In this document: positions 1 to 9,425 of the stretch, piece after piece | Position numbering within the stretch: position 1 is the first letter of the stretch | Layout of the letters: every line of letters starts with the position of its first letter | Source: an uncultured archaeon | Lineage (GTDB): Archaea > Iainarchaeota > Iainarchaeia > Iainarchaeales > 1-14-0-10-31-34 | Direction: 5' to 3' | NCBI GenBank assembly: GCA_964608675.1 | Contig: CAZSOZ010000003.1 | Coordinates: forward strand, 53,041 to 117,040 | DNA: 64,000 nt | Program-made: the position numbers and the translations under genes | The notes under the pieces: generated by a model | What the model saw: the letters and a program-made list of their open reading frames with translations, nothing else | What the model was told of the DNA's origin: nothing | Database searches by the model: none

Positions 1-525
1 ACTTGCAATTAAATTTCCTTCCCCTGCAATGAAGCCGTCTGTAATGCTTCTGTAAACATTGTATTCTTGTAAGTCATCTGAATTTGATGCATTCCAAATT
101 AAATTTATTTGCATGTCTCCTGCTGTTGCATTTAAGTCTGCTGGATCCATAGGAGCATTTTTGTCTACTAAAAATTCTTCTGAGTATTTTGATGAATTCT
201 GGTTTCCATCTGTGGTTTCAATAAAAATGTAATAGCTTCCATCTCTTATTCCTGTGGTATTCCATGTATATGTGTTTGTTCCGTTTACTGTTGAGTGAAC
301 GGAAATTATTTCTGTTTTTTCTGTTGAATTAGTATCTTCATCATAATATATTGCTGAAGTCAGTGAATTATTTTCGTCGTATGAAACACTAAAAATAATA
401 TCAAAATCAGTTGTTAAAGAATTTATTTTTGTAGAAGCGTTTGGAGCTGAAATTTCTTCAACTGTTAAAGCTGAAGCAGTTGAAACTAAAAAAACTGCAA
501 GTAAAATAAAAAATTTTGAATTCAA
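1..525 (-). CDS. Secreted Ig-like/fibronectin type III domain protein, N-terminal part (runs off the window edge)
   Basis: Not in the ORF track. Manual translation from TTG at 525: MNSKFFILLAVFLVSTASALTVEE (signal peptide) ...YTWNTTGIRDGSYYIFIETTDG...DKNAPMDPADLNATAGDMQINLIWNAS...YNVYRS. Open to position 1; G-rich RBS at 531-538. Confidence 0.75.
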   Translation of the reverse strand, partial: MNSKFFILLAVFLVSTASALTVEEISAPNASTKINSLTTDFDIIFSVSYDENNSLTSAIYYDEDTNSTEKTEIISVHSTVNGTNTYTWNTTGIRDGSYYIFIETTDGNQNSSKYSEEFLVDKNAPMDPADLNATAGDMQINLIWNASNSDDLQEYNVYRSITDGFIAGEGNLIAS

Positions 526-616
526 TTTATCCCCCCGGAACAAAAATTTTTGTTTTAAGTAAAGAATTAGTAGAATATTCTGATTGAAAATGTTTTTTAA
601 TGCTTTTATTTTTTTG

Positions 617-1519
617 TCAGCATTTCTTTTCTTTTGATTTTTTGTTTTTCCTGAAATTATGCATTATCCAAATTAAGGCAATTCCCAGAAAAAAGACTGT
701 TAAAAGAATTAAGGTTGTCTGCAAATTCCATTCTGGTGTTTGTTCTGCAATTCTTTTGAATGGAACTAAAAGGCTTCCTATAACCAATCCCAGCAAAACA
801 TATAATGTTTTACATCTGTTTTTTTGAAACAAAAAATTTATTGCTCTTGAAATAAAGAACATTCCAATTAATGCTCCTGAAGCTGAAACCAAAAAATAAT
901 CTATTTTTTTTGGCAAATCAGAAAAAATATCTATCATGAATTCCCATAAACCCATTATCAGCAGAATAAATGAACCTGAAATTCCCGGCAGAAACATTGC
1001 ACTTACTGCAAAAAAACCTCCTAAAAAAACATATAAATAGGAAGGAGCAGCATTAACCGGAACAAGAAATGCAAGTGATGCGCCTAATAAAAATCCTATT
1101 CCTCCAAATAAAATGTTTTGTTTTGAATGACTTTTAATGTCATCAAAAATTATTTTTGATGAAGCAATAATTAATCCAGCAAAAAAAGAAACAGTTAAAG
1201 TAAAATAATTTTTTACTAAAAATTTGATTCCTTTTGAACCTAAAAATATTGCTGTTGCAATTCCTAATCCTAAAGCCAACAAAAAAAATACATCGAGTTC
1301 TTTTAGGTTTTTTTTGAGTTCTTTTTTTGTTTCAGGGTTTTTGTTTGTAATGTATTTGACTGCATTAAAAAAAAGTTTTGGAGAAATATTTGAAATGGAT
1401 TTAATCATTTTATCGTAGATTCCTGTAATGAATGCAATTGTGCCTCCTGAAATCCCTGGAATTAAATCACATATTCCCATTAAAAGTCCTTTAAAATATA
1501 ATTTTATTTTTTCGTTCAT
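617..1519 (-). CDS. DUF368 family membrane protein (putative polyprenyl-phosphate translocase)
   Basis: Duplicated signatures MGICDLIPGISGGTIAFITGIY and AMFLPGISGSFILLIMG; multiple TM helices. Confidence 0.9.
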   Translation of the reverse strand: MNEKIKLYFKGLLMGICDLIPGISGGTIAFITGIYDKMIKSISNISPKLFFNAVKYITNKNPETKKELKKNLKELDVFFLLALGLGIATAIFLGSKGIKFLVKNYFTLTVSFFAGLIIASSKIIFDDIKSHSKQNILFGGIGFLLGASLAFLVPVNAAPSYLYVFLGGFFAVSAMFLPGISGSFILLIMGLWEFMIDIFSDLPKKIDYFLVSASGALIGMFFISRAINFLFQKNRCKTLYVLLGLVIGSLLVPFKRIAEQTPEWNLQTTLILLTVFFLGIALIWIMHNFRKNKKSKEKKC

Positions 1520-3112
1520 TTAAATCAGTTTTCCTAACCCTAAAAGAGATAAAATTACTCCTGTGAATCCTTCGCCTGCAATTAATCCTGCTGCAATAAG
1601 CCTTCCTTTTTCTGTCAGCTTTTTTTTGTCTGCAATTAATCTTATTATTCCTCCGATAAACAAAGGAAAACTTAATTCTATTGGTACATATACTCCTATT
1701 CCGAATGCTGCAATAATTATTGCTGACTCAAAAAAAGATATAATTAATGCAAGGATTCCTCCAATTAAAATTCCAAGCAGTAAATTTCCGCTTAAAGTGT
1801 CTGCTTTAATTATTTCGCTTAATGCTACTGCTTGAGGTGCAGGAAGTTCAGGCCCTCCAAAAGAATAAGTTTGATTTAATGCAAGCAGTATTATTCCGAT
1901 TACCATTCCTCCTATTATTACTCCGATTAATTGTGCAATAAACTGGTTTTTTGGTTTTGTTCCTAAAATAAATCCTGTTTTTAAGTCCTGCAGAGTGTCT
2001 CCTGCTATTCCTGCTGAAATACAGACTACTGTAGCAATTATTACAAGGAAAACTGCGTTGAATCCAAAAACAATTTTTGCAGCAATCAATACAATCATTG
2101 CAAATAATTCCATTGGATCAACATTCATTTCTCCTGTTATTCTTCCTCCAATGTATGCCATTACAAATGCTCCGAGAATTGCAATTACTGCCAGAATCAA
2201 ATTCATTTCTGTTATGATTGTGATTGTTCCTGTTAACACAATTAAAATTAATCCAATTAATTTTCTGTTTTCTTTGAATGCTTCCTTCCAGTCAGAAAAA
2301 ATGTTTTTTAATGCAGGAATTCCTTTAAGCAGAAAATACATTATTGCTGTTCCAATCACTATTCCTATTCCTAATGGTTTAGTTAACTGGATTCCTGCAG
2401 TAATTTTGTCTGAAAAAATTCCGTTTGCTATAACATAAGGCAGAATAAAAAAATATGAAGTCACTGCTCCTAAAAACCATATTCCTGTAAATTTTGGTCC
2501 AATCAAGTATCCTCCGGAAAAAGGAATTAATGAAATGCTTGAACCCAAAGAAAACAGTTTTGAAAAAGAAACTTTCAGTGAATCCAAATTAATAAAAGAT
2601 GGAATTATTTTCAGGTAATCCCGCAAAAAAGAAAAAATTATTCCTAAACCAAACATTCCTGCAAGAACTTTTATTTTTTTTCCTTTTTGGTCTCCTGCTA
2701 AAATAATTGATGCTGCTGCTTTTCCGTCTGCATACTCTAATTGTTCTTTTTCTATCATTTGTTTTCTTAACGGAACAGAAAAAATTACTCCTGTTATTCC
2801 TCCAACCAAAGAAATTATTGTAATGTCAGTTAAAGAAATCTGCATTCCGATTATATACAAAGCCGGAACAGTAAAAATTATTCCTGCTGCAAGAAGACCT
2901 CCTGCAGAAGCAATTGTTTGCGCTACATTAACTTCGTTTTTGTTTGTGTTTCCAAGCAAATTTAAAATTCCTAAAGCCATTATTGATGCAGTTGTAATAG
3001 GCCAGTAAACTCCTCCTATTTTGAGTCCGGCAAAAGCAGAATACATGGTAACAATTACTGCCAGAACGCTTCCGATTAACACTGCTCTTAAACTGAGTTC
3101 TTTCATTTGCAT
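1520..3112 (-). CDS. OPT/YSL family oligopeptide transporter
   Basis: [57 protein letters not shown] motifs; many TM helices. Confidence 0.9.
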   Translation of the reverse strand: MQMKELSLRAVLIGSVLAVIVTMYSAFAGLKIGGVYWPITTASIMALGILNLLGNTNKNEVNVAQTIASAGGLLAAGIIFTVPALYIIGMQISLTDITIISLVGGITGVIFSVPLRKQMIEKEQLEYADGKAAASIILAGDQKGKKIKVLAGMFGLGIIFSFLRDYLKIIPSFINLDSLKVSFSKLFSLGSSISLIPFSGGYLIGPKFTGIWFLGAVTSYFFILPYVIANGIFSDKITAGIQLTKPLGIGIVIGTAIMYFLLKGIPALKNIFSDWKEAFKENRKLIGLILIVLTGTITIITEMNLILAVIAILGAFVMAYIGGRITGEMNVDPMELFAMIVLIAAKIVFGFNAVFLVIIATVVCISAGIAGDTLQDLKTGFILGTKPKNQFIAQLIGVIIGGMVIGIILLALNQTYSFGGPELPAPQAVALSEIIKADTLSGNLLLGILIGGILALIISFFESAIIIAAFGIGVYVPIELSFPLFIGGIIRLIADKKKLTEKGRLIAAGLIAGEGFTGVILSLLGLGKLI

Positions 3113-3174
3113 TAAATGTTCAACAATACCTTTTTTATTTTATTTCTTTCAGTTTTAATGCAGGAGGTTTATTT

Positions 3175-3726
3175 ATGCTTGAATGGATTGCATTAATTTT
3201 AGTTATAGTTCTTTTGGGTTTTCTTGTTTTAATTTACAACGGTTTAATTGTAAAAAGAAACAGAGTGGATAATGCTTGGAGCCAGATTGATGTTCAATTA
3301 AAAAAGAGAGCAGATTTAGTTCCTAATTTGGTTGAAACAGTTAAAGGTTATGCAAGGCACGAAAAACAGGTTTTTGAAAACGTTACAAAAGCAAGAACTC
3401 AGGTAATGAAAGCAGGAGACAACGTCCAAAAAAAAGCTGAAGCAGAAAACATGTTAACCGGAGCACTAAAATCTTTGTTTGCTGTAGCTGAAGCTTATCC
3501 TGACTTGAAGGCAAACGAAAACTTTAAGCTTTTGCAGGAACAACTTGATGGAATTGAATCCAAGATTGCTTATGCAAGGCAGTTTTACAATGATTCTGTT
3601 TTGGATTACAATAATTCAATTCAGGTTTTTCCAAACAATGTTTTGGCAGGAATGTTTGGCTTTAAAGAAAAAGAATTTTTTGAAGTGGAAGAATCAGCTA
3701 GAACTGCACCAAAAGTCAGTTTCTGA
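3175..3726 (+). CDS. lemA: LemA family protein
   Basis: N-terminal TM then [40 protein letters not shown] and [12 protein letters not shown]; GGAGG RBS. Confidence 0.95.
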   Translation: MLEWIALILVIVLLGFLVLIYNGLIVKRNRVDNAWSQIDVQLKKRADLVPNLVETVKGYARHEKQVFENVTKARTQVMKAGDNVQKKAEAENMLTGALKSLFAVAEAYPDLKANENFKLLQEQLDGIESKIAYARQFYNDSVLDYNNSIQVFPNNVLAGMFGFKEKEFFEVEESARTAPKVSF

Positions 3727-3804
3727 CTTTCTTCTTTTTTCTTTTTTTTTTATTTTTTGTTGTCAAATTTAAATATATTTCTTTTCAGTATTATTTGTGG
3801 TTTA

Positions 3805-4698
3805 ATGATTTATGACAGAATTGCAGTAAACAAAAGAAACTCAATTTTATTGTTTGCATTTTTTTTTATTTTCATTTTATTTTTAGGATGGATTTTTGGA
3901 GAAATTTTTGGCTGGGGATTGTTTGGATTAATTTTTGCTTTTCTTTTGGCTTTATTTTTGATTTTTATTTCTTATTATAAAAGTGATTCTTTGGTTTTGT
4001 CTGTTTCTAAAGCAAAACCGGTTAAAGAAAAAGAATGGCCTCATTTATATCATTCAGTTGAAGGCCTTGCAATTGCTGCAGGCATTCCCAAGCCAAAACT
4101 GTATATGATTGATGACACTGCAATTAATGCTTTTGCTACCGGTCGTGACCCTGAACACGCGGTGATTGTTGTAACTAAAGGAGCAGCAACAAGGCTGGAT
4201 AGACTTGAATTAGAGGGAGTTATTGCTCATGAAATGTCTCACATAAAAAATTATGATATAAGGTTCATGATGCTTGTCACTGTAATGGTTGGAACTGCTG
4301 CTTTGTTAAGCAATATTATTTTGAGGAGTTTTTTGTGGGGAGGTCATTCCGGAAATAGGAGAGGTGGAGGAGGAGCTCAATTGGCATTAATTGCTTTAGG
4401 TTTAATTTTTGCTGTATTAACTCCTTTTATTGCTCAGGCAATTAAGTTTGCTATTTCAAGGAAAAGGGAATTTCTTGCAGATGCAGACGGAGCATTATTA
4501 ACTCGTTATCCAAAAGGGCTGGCTGATGCTTTAAGGAAAATTAATGCTGATGCAGAACCATTAGAGGTAGCGAATGAGGCAACAGAAAATTTGTATATTT
4601 CTAATCCCTTCAAGAAAAAACATAAATCTTGGTTTAAGGGAATGTTTAACACTCATCCTCCTTTAGAAGACAGAATAGCAGCTTTGGATAAAATGTGA
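3805..4698 (+). CDS. htpX: M48 family zinc metalloprotease HtpX
   Basis: NAFATG, HEMSH zinc motif, SRKREFLADA, THPPLEDRI. Start moved to ATG 3805 (MIYDRI); lemA-htpX pairing is common. Confidence 0.92.
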   Translation: MIYDRIAVNKRNSILLFAFFFIFILFLGWIFGEIFGWGLFGLIFAFLLALFLIFISYYKSDSLVLSVSKAKPVKEKEWPHLYHSVEGLAIAAGIPKPKLYMIDDTAINAFATGRDPEHAVIVVTKGAATRLDRLELEGVIAHEMSHIKNYDIRFMMLVTVMVGTAALLSNIILRSFLWGGHSGNRRGGGGAQLALIALGLIFAVLTPFIAQAIKFAISRKREFLADADGALLTRYPKGLADALRKINADAEPLEVANEATENLYISNPFKKKHKSWFKGMFNTHPPLEDRIAALDKM

Positions 4699-4734
4699 AG
4701 AATAAATACTTTTTCTTTTTATTAATTTGTTTGT

Positions 4735-5397
4735 ATGAATAAACCTTTTCTTTTTGGAGTTTCAACAGCCAACAGAGGTTTTTTACAGGATTTTTTTCGG
4801 GTTATTCACGAAAAAAATATTTCAGTTAAAGATAATATCGGAGTTGAATACACTCGTTATCATTATGACAGCCTGCCAAGAACCCAACAGGATTTTTTTT
4901 GGAAAGGGGTTATTGATTCTCTTAAAAGAAAGGGGTTCAAGGAAATTGTTTTTCTTGACGACCATAAAACAAGAATGCAAATTGATGCAGTTCATGAAAA
5001 AGGCCGTCCTTTAACTGAAAAAGAAGCAGAACTTGTTTTTGAAAGAGAAAAAATTTTTAAACAAAGGTTTTCTGATTGCAGGGCAGGAATTTTAGGTGCA
5101 GCACATGCATTAAATTTAAAGCAGGACCTTAAAGCCAATGTTTATTTGGATTCTATTTCTTTTTTAATGCATTCAAAAAATTTGATTCCTCTTAATGCAA
5201 TTGATTTGCTTGATAAAAGAAAAAGTCTTGCAAGATATTTTGTTGTGCAGGATATTTTGTCTGGAAAAATCAGGCTTCAAAAAGGTTTTGTTAAAGTGAC
5301 TAAAATAAAAACAAAAAAGAAATCCACAAAAAAAAAATTTAAGAGAAGAAGAAAGCCGGCAAAAACTATTTTAAATCAGAGAAGAAAACCTAAATAA
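4735..5397 (+). CDS. Hypothetical protein with Lys/Arg-rich C-terminal tail
   Basis: 220-aa ORF filling the gap between htpX and mtnP; no recognised family; tail KTKKKSTKKKFKRRRKPAK. Confidence 0.65.
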   Translation: MNKPFLFGVSTANRGFLQDFFRVIHEKNISVKDNIGVEYTRYHYDSLPRTQQDFFWKGVIDSLKRKGFKEIVFLDDHKTRMQIDAVHEKGRPLTEKEAELVFEREKIFKQRFSDCRAGILGAAHALNLKQDLKANVYLDSISFLMHSKNLIPLNAIDLLDKRKSLARYFVVQDILSGKIRLQKGFVKVTKIKTKKKSTKKKFKRRRKPAKTILNQRRKPK

Positions 5398-6166
5398 AAG
5401 CGTTTTTTAGTGCGTGCCTGCATTCACAGTCTTTTTGTGTGTCTATTATTGGAACAACTTTTTTGATTAATTGCTTTAATTTTTTACTGTTTTCTTTCAT
5501 TATTTTGAGAACGCTTTCCACGTTTACAGGAGTTTTTTTCCATACATCATAATCGGTTATTGTTGCAATTGAAGCATAACAAATTTCTGCTTCTCTTGCC
5601 AGAACTGTTTCTGGAACCAAAGTCATTCCAATTACATCTGCATTCCATTTTCTAAAAAGCATGCTTTCTGCTTTGGTTGAAAACCTTGGGCCTTCAATTA
5701 CAATGCAGGTTCCTTTTTCATGAAAACCAAATTTTAGTTCTTTTGCTGATTGAATCAATTTTTTTCTTAAATCAGAGCAGAATGGTTCTGCAACAGAAAT
5801 ATGACATACTTTGTTTTTGTCGTAAAAAGTCTGCTGTCTTTTTGTGGTTTTGTCTATGAATTGGTCAACAAAAACAAATTCTCCTGGCTTAAATTTTTCT
5901 TTCAGGCTTCCTACTGCTGATGAAGCCAGAATTTTTTTTGCTCCAATTTCTTTTAGTGCTTTAATGTTTGCACGATAATTCACGTTTGTGGGGTTGATTG
6001 TATGTTTTGTTCCGTGCCTTGAAAGCAATGCAACTTTTTTTCCTGATATTTCTCCGATTTTAATTGTGCTTGAAGGTTCGCCGAATTCAGTTGAAATTTT
6101 TTTTTCTTCTTTTAATTTAAATAAATCAGGGTCTTCAAATCCTGTTCCACCTATTAATCCAATCAT
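5390..6166 (-). CDS. mtnP: S-methyl-5'-thioadenosine phosphorylase
   Basis: IGLIGGTG, RHGTKH, NYRANIKAL, EGPRFSTKAES, GMTLVPE, ITDYD motifs. Confidence 0.93.
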   Translation of the reverse strand: MIGLIGGTGFEDPDLFKLKEEKKISTEFGEPSSTIKIGEISGKKVALLSRHGTKHTINPTNVNYRANIKALKEIGAKKILASSAVGSLKEKFKPGEFVFVDQFIDKTTKRQQTFYDKNKVCHISVAEPFCSDLRKKLIQSAKELKFGFHEKGTCIVIEGPRFSTKAESMLFRKWNADVIGMTLVPETVLAREAEICYASIATITDYDVWKKTPVNVESVLKIMKENSKKLKQLIKKVVPIIDTQKDCECRHALKNAFI

Positions 6167-6173
6167 TTTTTTT

Positions 6174-6695
6174 TCACTCTGAACTGTAATTAATTAAAGA
6201 AAAAACTTTGTAGGGCTTTAATTTTTTTCTTCCTTTCAAAAAACTTAATTCAATTAAAAAACAAAATCCAATTATTTTTCCGCCGGCTTTTTCAATTAAT
6301 TCTGCTGTTGCTTTTGCTGTGCCTCCTGTTGCCAGCAAATCATCTACAATTAAAACGTTCTCGTTTTTTTTTACTGCATCCAAATGCATTTCAAGTTTGT
6401 CTTTTCCATATTCTTTTTGATAGCTTGCTTTTTGTGTTTTAAAAGGAAGTTTTCCAGGTTTTCTTATTGGAATAAAAGATGCATTTAATTTGTATGCAAT
6501 TATTGCTCCAAAAATGAATCCTCTTGCTTCTGTTCCTGCCACTACATTAATTTTTTTGTTTTTGAAGGGCTCCAGCATTCCTTGAACTGCTTTTTTTACT
6601 GCTTTTGGGTCTTGAAGCAATGTTGTTATGTCTTTGAATATTATTCCTTTTTTTGGAAAATTTGGAATGCTTCTGATTTTTTCTTTTAAGTACAT
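6174..6695 (-). CDS. apt: Adenine phosphoribosyltransferase
   Basis: FPKKGIIFKDITTLL, EARGFIFG, RKPGKLP, VDDLLATGGT PRPP motif. Confidence 0.95.
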   Translation of the reverse strand: MYLKEKIRSIPNFPKKGIIFKDITTLLQDPKAVKKAVQGMLEPFKNKKINVVAGTEARGFIFGAIIAYKLNASFIPIRKPGKLPFKTQKASYQKEYGKDKLEMHLDAVKKNENVLIVDDLLATGGTAKATAELIEKAGGKIIGFCFLIELSFLKGRKKLKPYKVFSLINYSSE

Positions 6696-6710
6696 TAACT
6701 CACTTTTTTT

Positions 6711-7673
6711 TTATTGTTTTATTTTTTTTCTCCAGTAATCAAGCAAATCCTGCATTGTTTTTTCAAAGGGAATTTCAGGTTTCCATCCTGTTTGTTTTCT
6801 GAATTTAGTTGAATCTCCTAATAAAATTTGCACGTCTGACGGCCTTAATCTTTTGGGGTCTTGTTTTACTTCAAATTCTATTTTGCTTATTTTTTGGAGT
6901 ATGTCAACTATTATTTGTATTTTGTATGCTTTTCCTGAAGCAATATTGTATACTTCTCCGGGAATTCCTTTTTCTGTTGCAAGCCAGTATGCTTTAACCA
7001 TGTCTCTTACGTCTGTGTAATCTCTTTTTGCTTCAAGGTTTCCTACTTTTAATACAGGTTCTTGTTCTCCTGTTTCCATTAATGCAACTTGTTTTGCAAA
7101 ATTGCTTGTAACGTATTGTTCTCCTCTTCTGGGGCCTTCATGATTAAAGGCTCTTGTTCTGATGATTTTTAATCCATAGCTTTTATTGTACTGGTAGCCA
7201 AGCAAATCCATTGCCACTTTGCTTACCCCATAAGGACTTAATGGCCTTAATGGATTGTCTTCTGTTATTGGAACTTCGTTTTCTTTTACTAATCCGTATT
7301 CTTCGCTTGAGCCTGCAATTTGAATTCTTATCTCTTTGTTGTGTTTTTTTATTGCTTCAAAAATATTTAATGGCCCGAAAATGTTTGCGTTCATTGTTTC
7401 TATTGGAGATTTCCATGAACTTGGCACAAAAGCCTGTGCAGCTAAATGAAAAATGTATTCAGGGCTGATTTCTTCTATTGTTTTGTCTACTCCATATGAA
7501 TCAGTTATGTCGCATTCTACTAAATTTATTTTTTTGTTTATTTCTTTGATGTTTGATAAGTCTTCGTTTTTTCTGTAGGTTCCGTATATTTCTCCTAATT
7601 TGTTTTCCAGAATATATTCGCTTAAATGGCTTCCTACAAAACCATTTATTCCTGTTATTAATACTTTTTTCAT
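6711..7673 (-). CDS. GDP-mannose 4,6-dehydratase / GDP-4-keto-6-deoxymannose reductase family SDR
   Basis: ITGINGFVG, HLAAQAFVPSSW, GSSEEYG, SPYGVSK, FNHEGPRRG, GNLEAKRDYTDVRD. Gmd versus Rmd cannot be resolved by eye. Confidence 0.85.
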   Translation of the reverse strand: MKKVLITGINGFVGSHLSEYILENKLGEIYGTYRKNEDLSNIKEINKKINLVECDITDSYGVDKTIEEISPEYIFHLAAQAFVPSSWKSPIETMNANIFGPLNIFEAIKKHNKEIRIQIAGSSEEYGLVKENEVPITEDNPLRPLSPYGVSKVAMDLLGYQYNKSYGLKIIRTRAFNHEGPRRGEQYVTSNFAKQVALMETGEQEPVLKVGNLEAKRDYTDVRDMVKAYWLATEKGIPGEVYNIASGKAYKIQIIVDILQKISKIEFEVKQDPKRLRPSDVQILLGDSTKFRKQTGWKPEIPFEKTMQDLLDYWRKKIKQ

Positions 7674-7691
7674 TCAACCACCTTTAAAAAA

Positions 7692-8537
7692 TTAAATTAT
7701 TCCTTTCCATTTATTTTTTGCTTTTTCGTATCTTTCTATGGTGTCTGTGGGAAACCATTGCCCGTTGTAAACATATCCGTATAATTTTCCTTCTTCGCTT
7801 AATTTTGGAAAAACTGCTTCTTCAATTAAAGAGTATCCTTTTGGAAGCATGTCAATTACTTCGGGTTTTAGAATATATGTCCCTGAATTAATTAAATTTG
7901 ATTCTGGTTTAACTGGTTTTTCTATGAATCTTTTTATTTGGTTTCCTTGCAATTCAATTACTCCAAAGTTTTTGGGGTCTTTAACTGAAGTTAATGCAAT
8001 TGTTGCATATGCATTATTTTTTTTGTGGAATGTGTGCATGTCATTCAGGTTAATGTTTGTTAGGTTGTCTCCGTTGAACATAAGAAATTCGTCAAGAAGC
8101 AAATTTTTTGCAAGCCTTAACGGCCCGCCTGTTCCTAATGGTTTTTTTTCTATAACGTATTCAATGTTCATATCCCATTTTTCTCCTGTTCCAAAGTATT
8201 CTTTGATTTGTTCTGCTTTATATCCTAAAGCCATAACTGCGTTTTTTACATGATATTTTGAAAGCAGTTCAATTACGTATTCTAAAATAGGTTTTCCTTT
8301 TATTCCAATCATTGGTTTTGGCGTATTGTTTGTCAAAGGCCTTAATCTTGTTCCTTTTCCTCCTGCTAGAATAAATGCTGTTGACAAATCAGCGCTTTGA
8401 ATTGCTTTTCTTACAAGATATTCGACTGCATGGCTTCGGTTTCTGATTTTTTGTCCGTCAATTTTTTTGTCTATTGCGTTTAGAACTCCGGAATCAATAT
8501 TAATAGTAACCCTTTCCTTTTCATTTTTTTTGTTCAT
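7692..8537 (-). CDS. Ribbon-helix-helix + sugar-phosphate nucleotidyltransferase fusion protein (copy 1, NTP signature intact)
   Basis: N-terminal ERVTINIDSGVLNAIDKKIDGQKIRNRSHAVEYLVRKAI (RHH), then LAGGKGTRLRPLTNNTPKPMI, GTGG, NGD, FIEKP; no C-terminal left-handed beta-helix. Confidence 0.88.
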   Translation of the reverse strand: MNKKNEKERVTINIDSGVLNAIDKKIDGQKIRNRSHAVEYLVRKAIQSADLSTAFILAGGKGTRLRPLTNNTPKPMIGIKGKPILEYVIELLSKYHVKNAVMALGYKAEQIKEYFGTGEKWDMNIEYVIEKKPLGTGGPLRLAKNLLLDEFLMFNGDNLTNINLNDMHTFHKKNNAYATIALTSVKDPKNFGVIELQGNQIKRFIEKPVKPESNLINSGTYILKPEVIDMLPKGYSLIEEAVFPKLSEEGKLYGYVYNGQWFPTDTIERYEKAKNKWKGII

Positions 8538-8559
8538 AATTTTTCATATTATTTATGAT
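8533..8559. promoter_or_regulatory. Putative RHH operator 1: TTCATAA-TTT-TTCATAT-TAT-TTATGAT overlapping the start codon of RHH-NTase copy 1
   Basis: Three TCATA/TATGA half-sites at 10-bp spacing; same layout as 10224-10250; lies between a TTTTAAAA TATA-like box (about 8568-8575) and the ATG. Confidence 0.7.
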
Positions 8560-8612
8560 TACATTCCTTTTAAAAATTAACCGTTGTTTTATTTTTTTTA
8601 GGTTTTTTTTGC

Positions 8613-9425
8613 ATGCTTGGAATAAGTTCTAGTTATTTTGCTTCAAGGGGTTTTTCTGTTTATGATTCAGTTCAGCAGGCGTATTCTTTGGGTTTTAAGG
8701 CAATTGAATTAGGTGCAGCGCATTCTTTTGAAGAAAATTTAAATGAAACAATCCAAAAAATTCATGACGATTTTGATGTGTTTTTTACTTTGCATGGATT
8801 GTTTCCCCCAAGAAAAGAAAAAGTCTGGTTTAATCCTTCTTTGGGTTTAACTCAAACAAATAAAGAAATTATTGATTCTTTTTTTGTTTTTGCTGAACTG
8901 GCCGGCGCAAAACTTATTGGCTTTCATCCAGGTTTTTTGTTTGAAGTTTCTTATGTTGAAAAACAGGGTTTTGGGGAAACCAAAAATTTAAGGCCTTTGG
9001 AAAAAACTGTTTCCTGGAATAATTTGTTTGATGTAATGAATTATTTTAAAGAAAAAAACAGCAATAAATTTTTTCTTGCAATTGAAAATATTACTTCAAC
9101 TGAAGAAAAAGCTTTGGTTTACGGAAAAAATTTTGAGAAAGTTTTCAGTAAATTTCCTTTTTTTGGTTTGCTTTTTGATTTAGGGCATTCTATTACAGAC
9201 AAAACTTATTCTGATTTAATGGAATTCAAAGACAAAATACAGGAAATTCATTTGCATAAACCTGAAGGAAAAAAAATCCATCTGCCTGTTTCTGAAAAAG
9301 ACCTTGAACTGCTTAAGCCAATAAAGCAAATCAATTCAATTCCTGTTATAATTGAGCATTTTAAGGGAATAACAGAAAAACAAATCCTTGAAGAAAAAGA
9401 ATTGTTTGAATCTTTTTTTGGTTAA
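8613..9425 (+). CDS. Xylose isomerase-like / AP endonuclease 2 TIM-barrel protein (sugar-phosphate isomerase/epimerase family)
   Basis: AIELG, TLHG, FHPG, LAIEN, LFDLGH, EIHLH, HLP, IIEH metal-ligand pattern. Confidence 0.8.
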   Translation: MLGISSSYFASRGFSVYDSVQQAYSLGFKAIELGAAHSFEENLNETIQKIHDDFDVFFTLHGLFPPRKEKVWFNPSLGLTQTNKEIIDSFFVFAELAGAKLIGFHPGFLFEVSYVEKQGFGETKNLRPLEKTVSWNNLFDVMNYFKEKNSNKFFLAIENITSTEEKALVYGKNFEKVFSKFPFFGLLFDLGHSITDKTYSDLMEFKDKIQEIHLHKPEGKKIHLPVSEKDLELLKPIKQINSIPVIIEHFKGITEKQILEEKELFESFFG

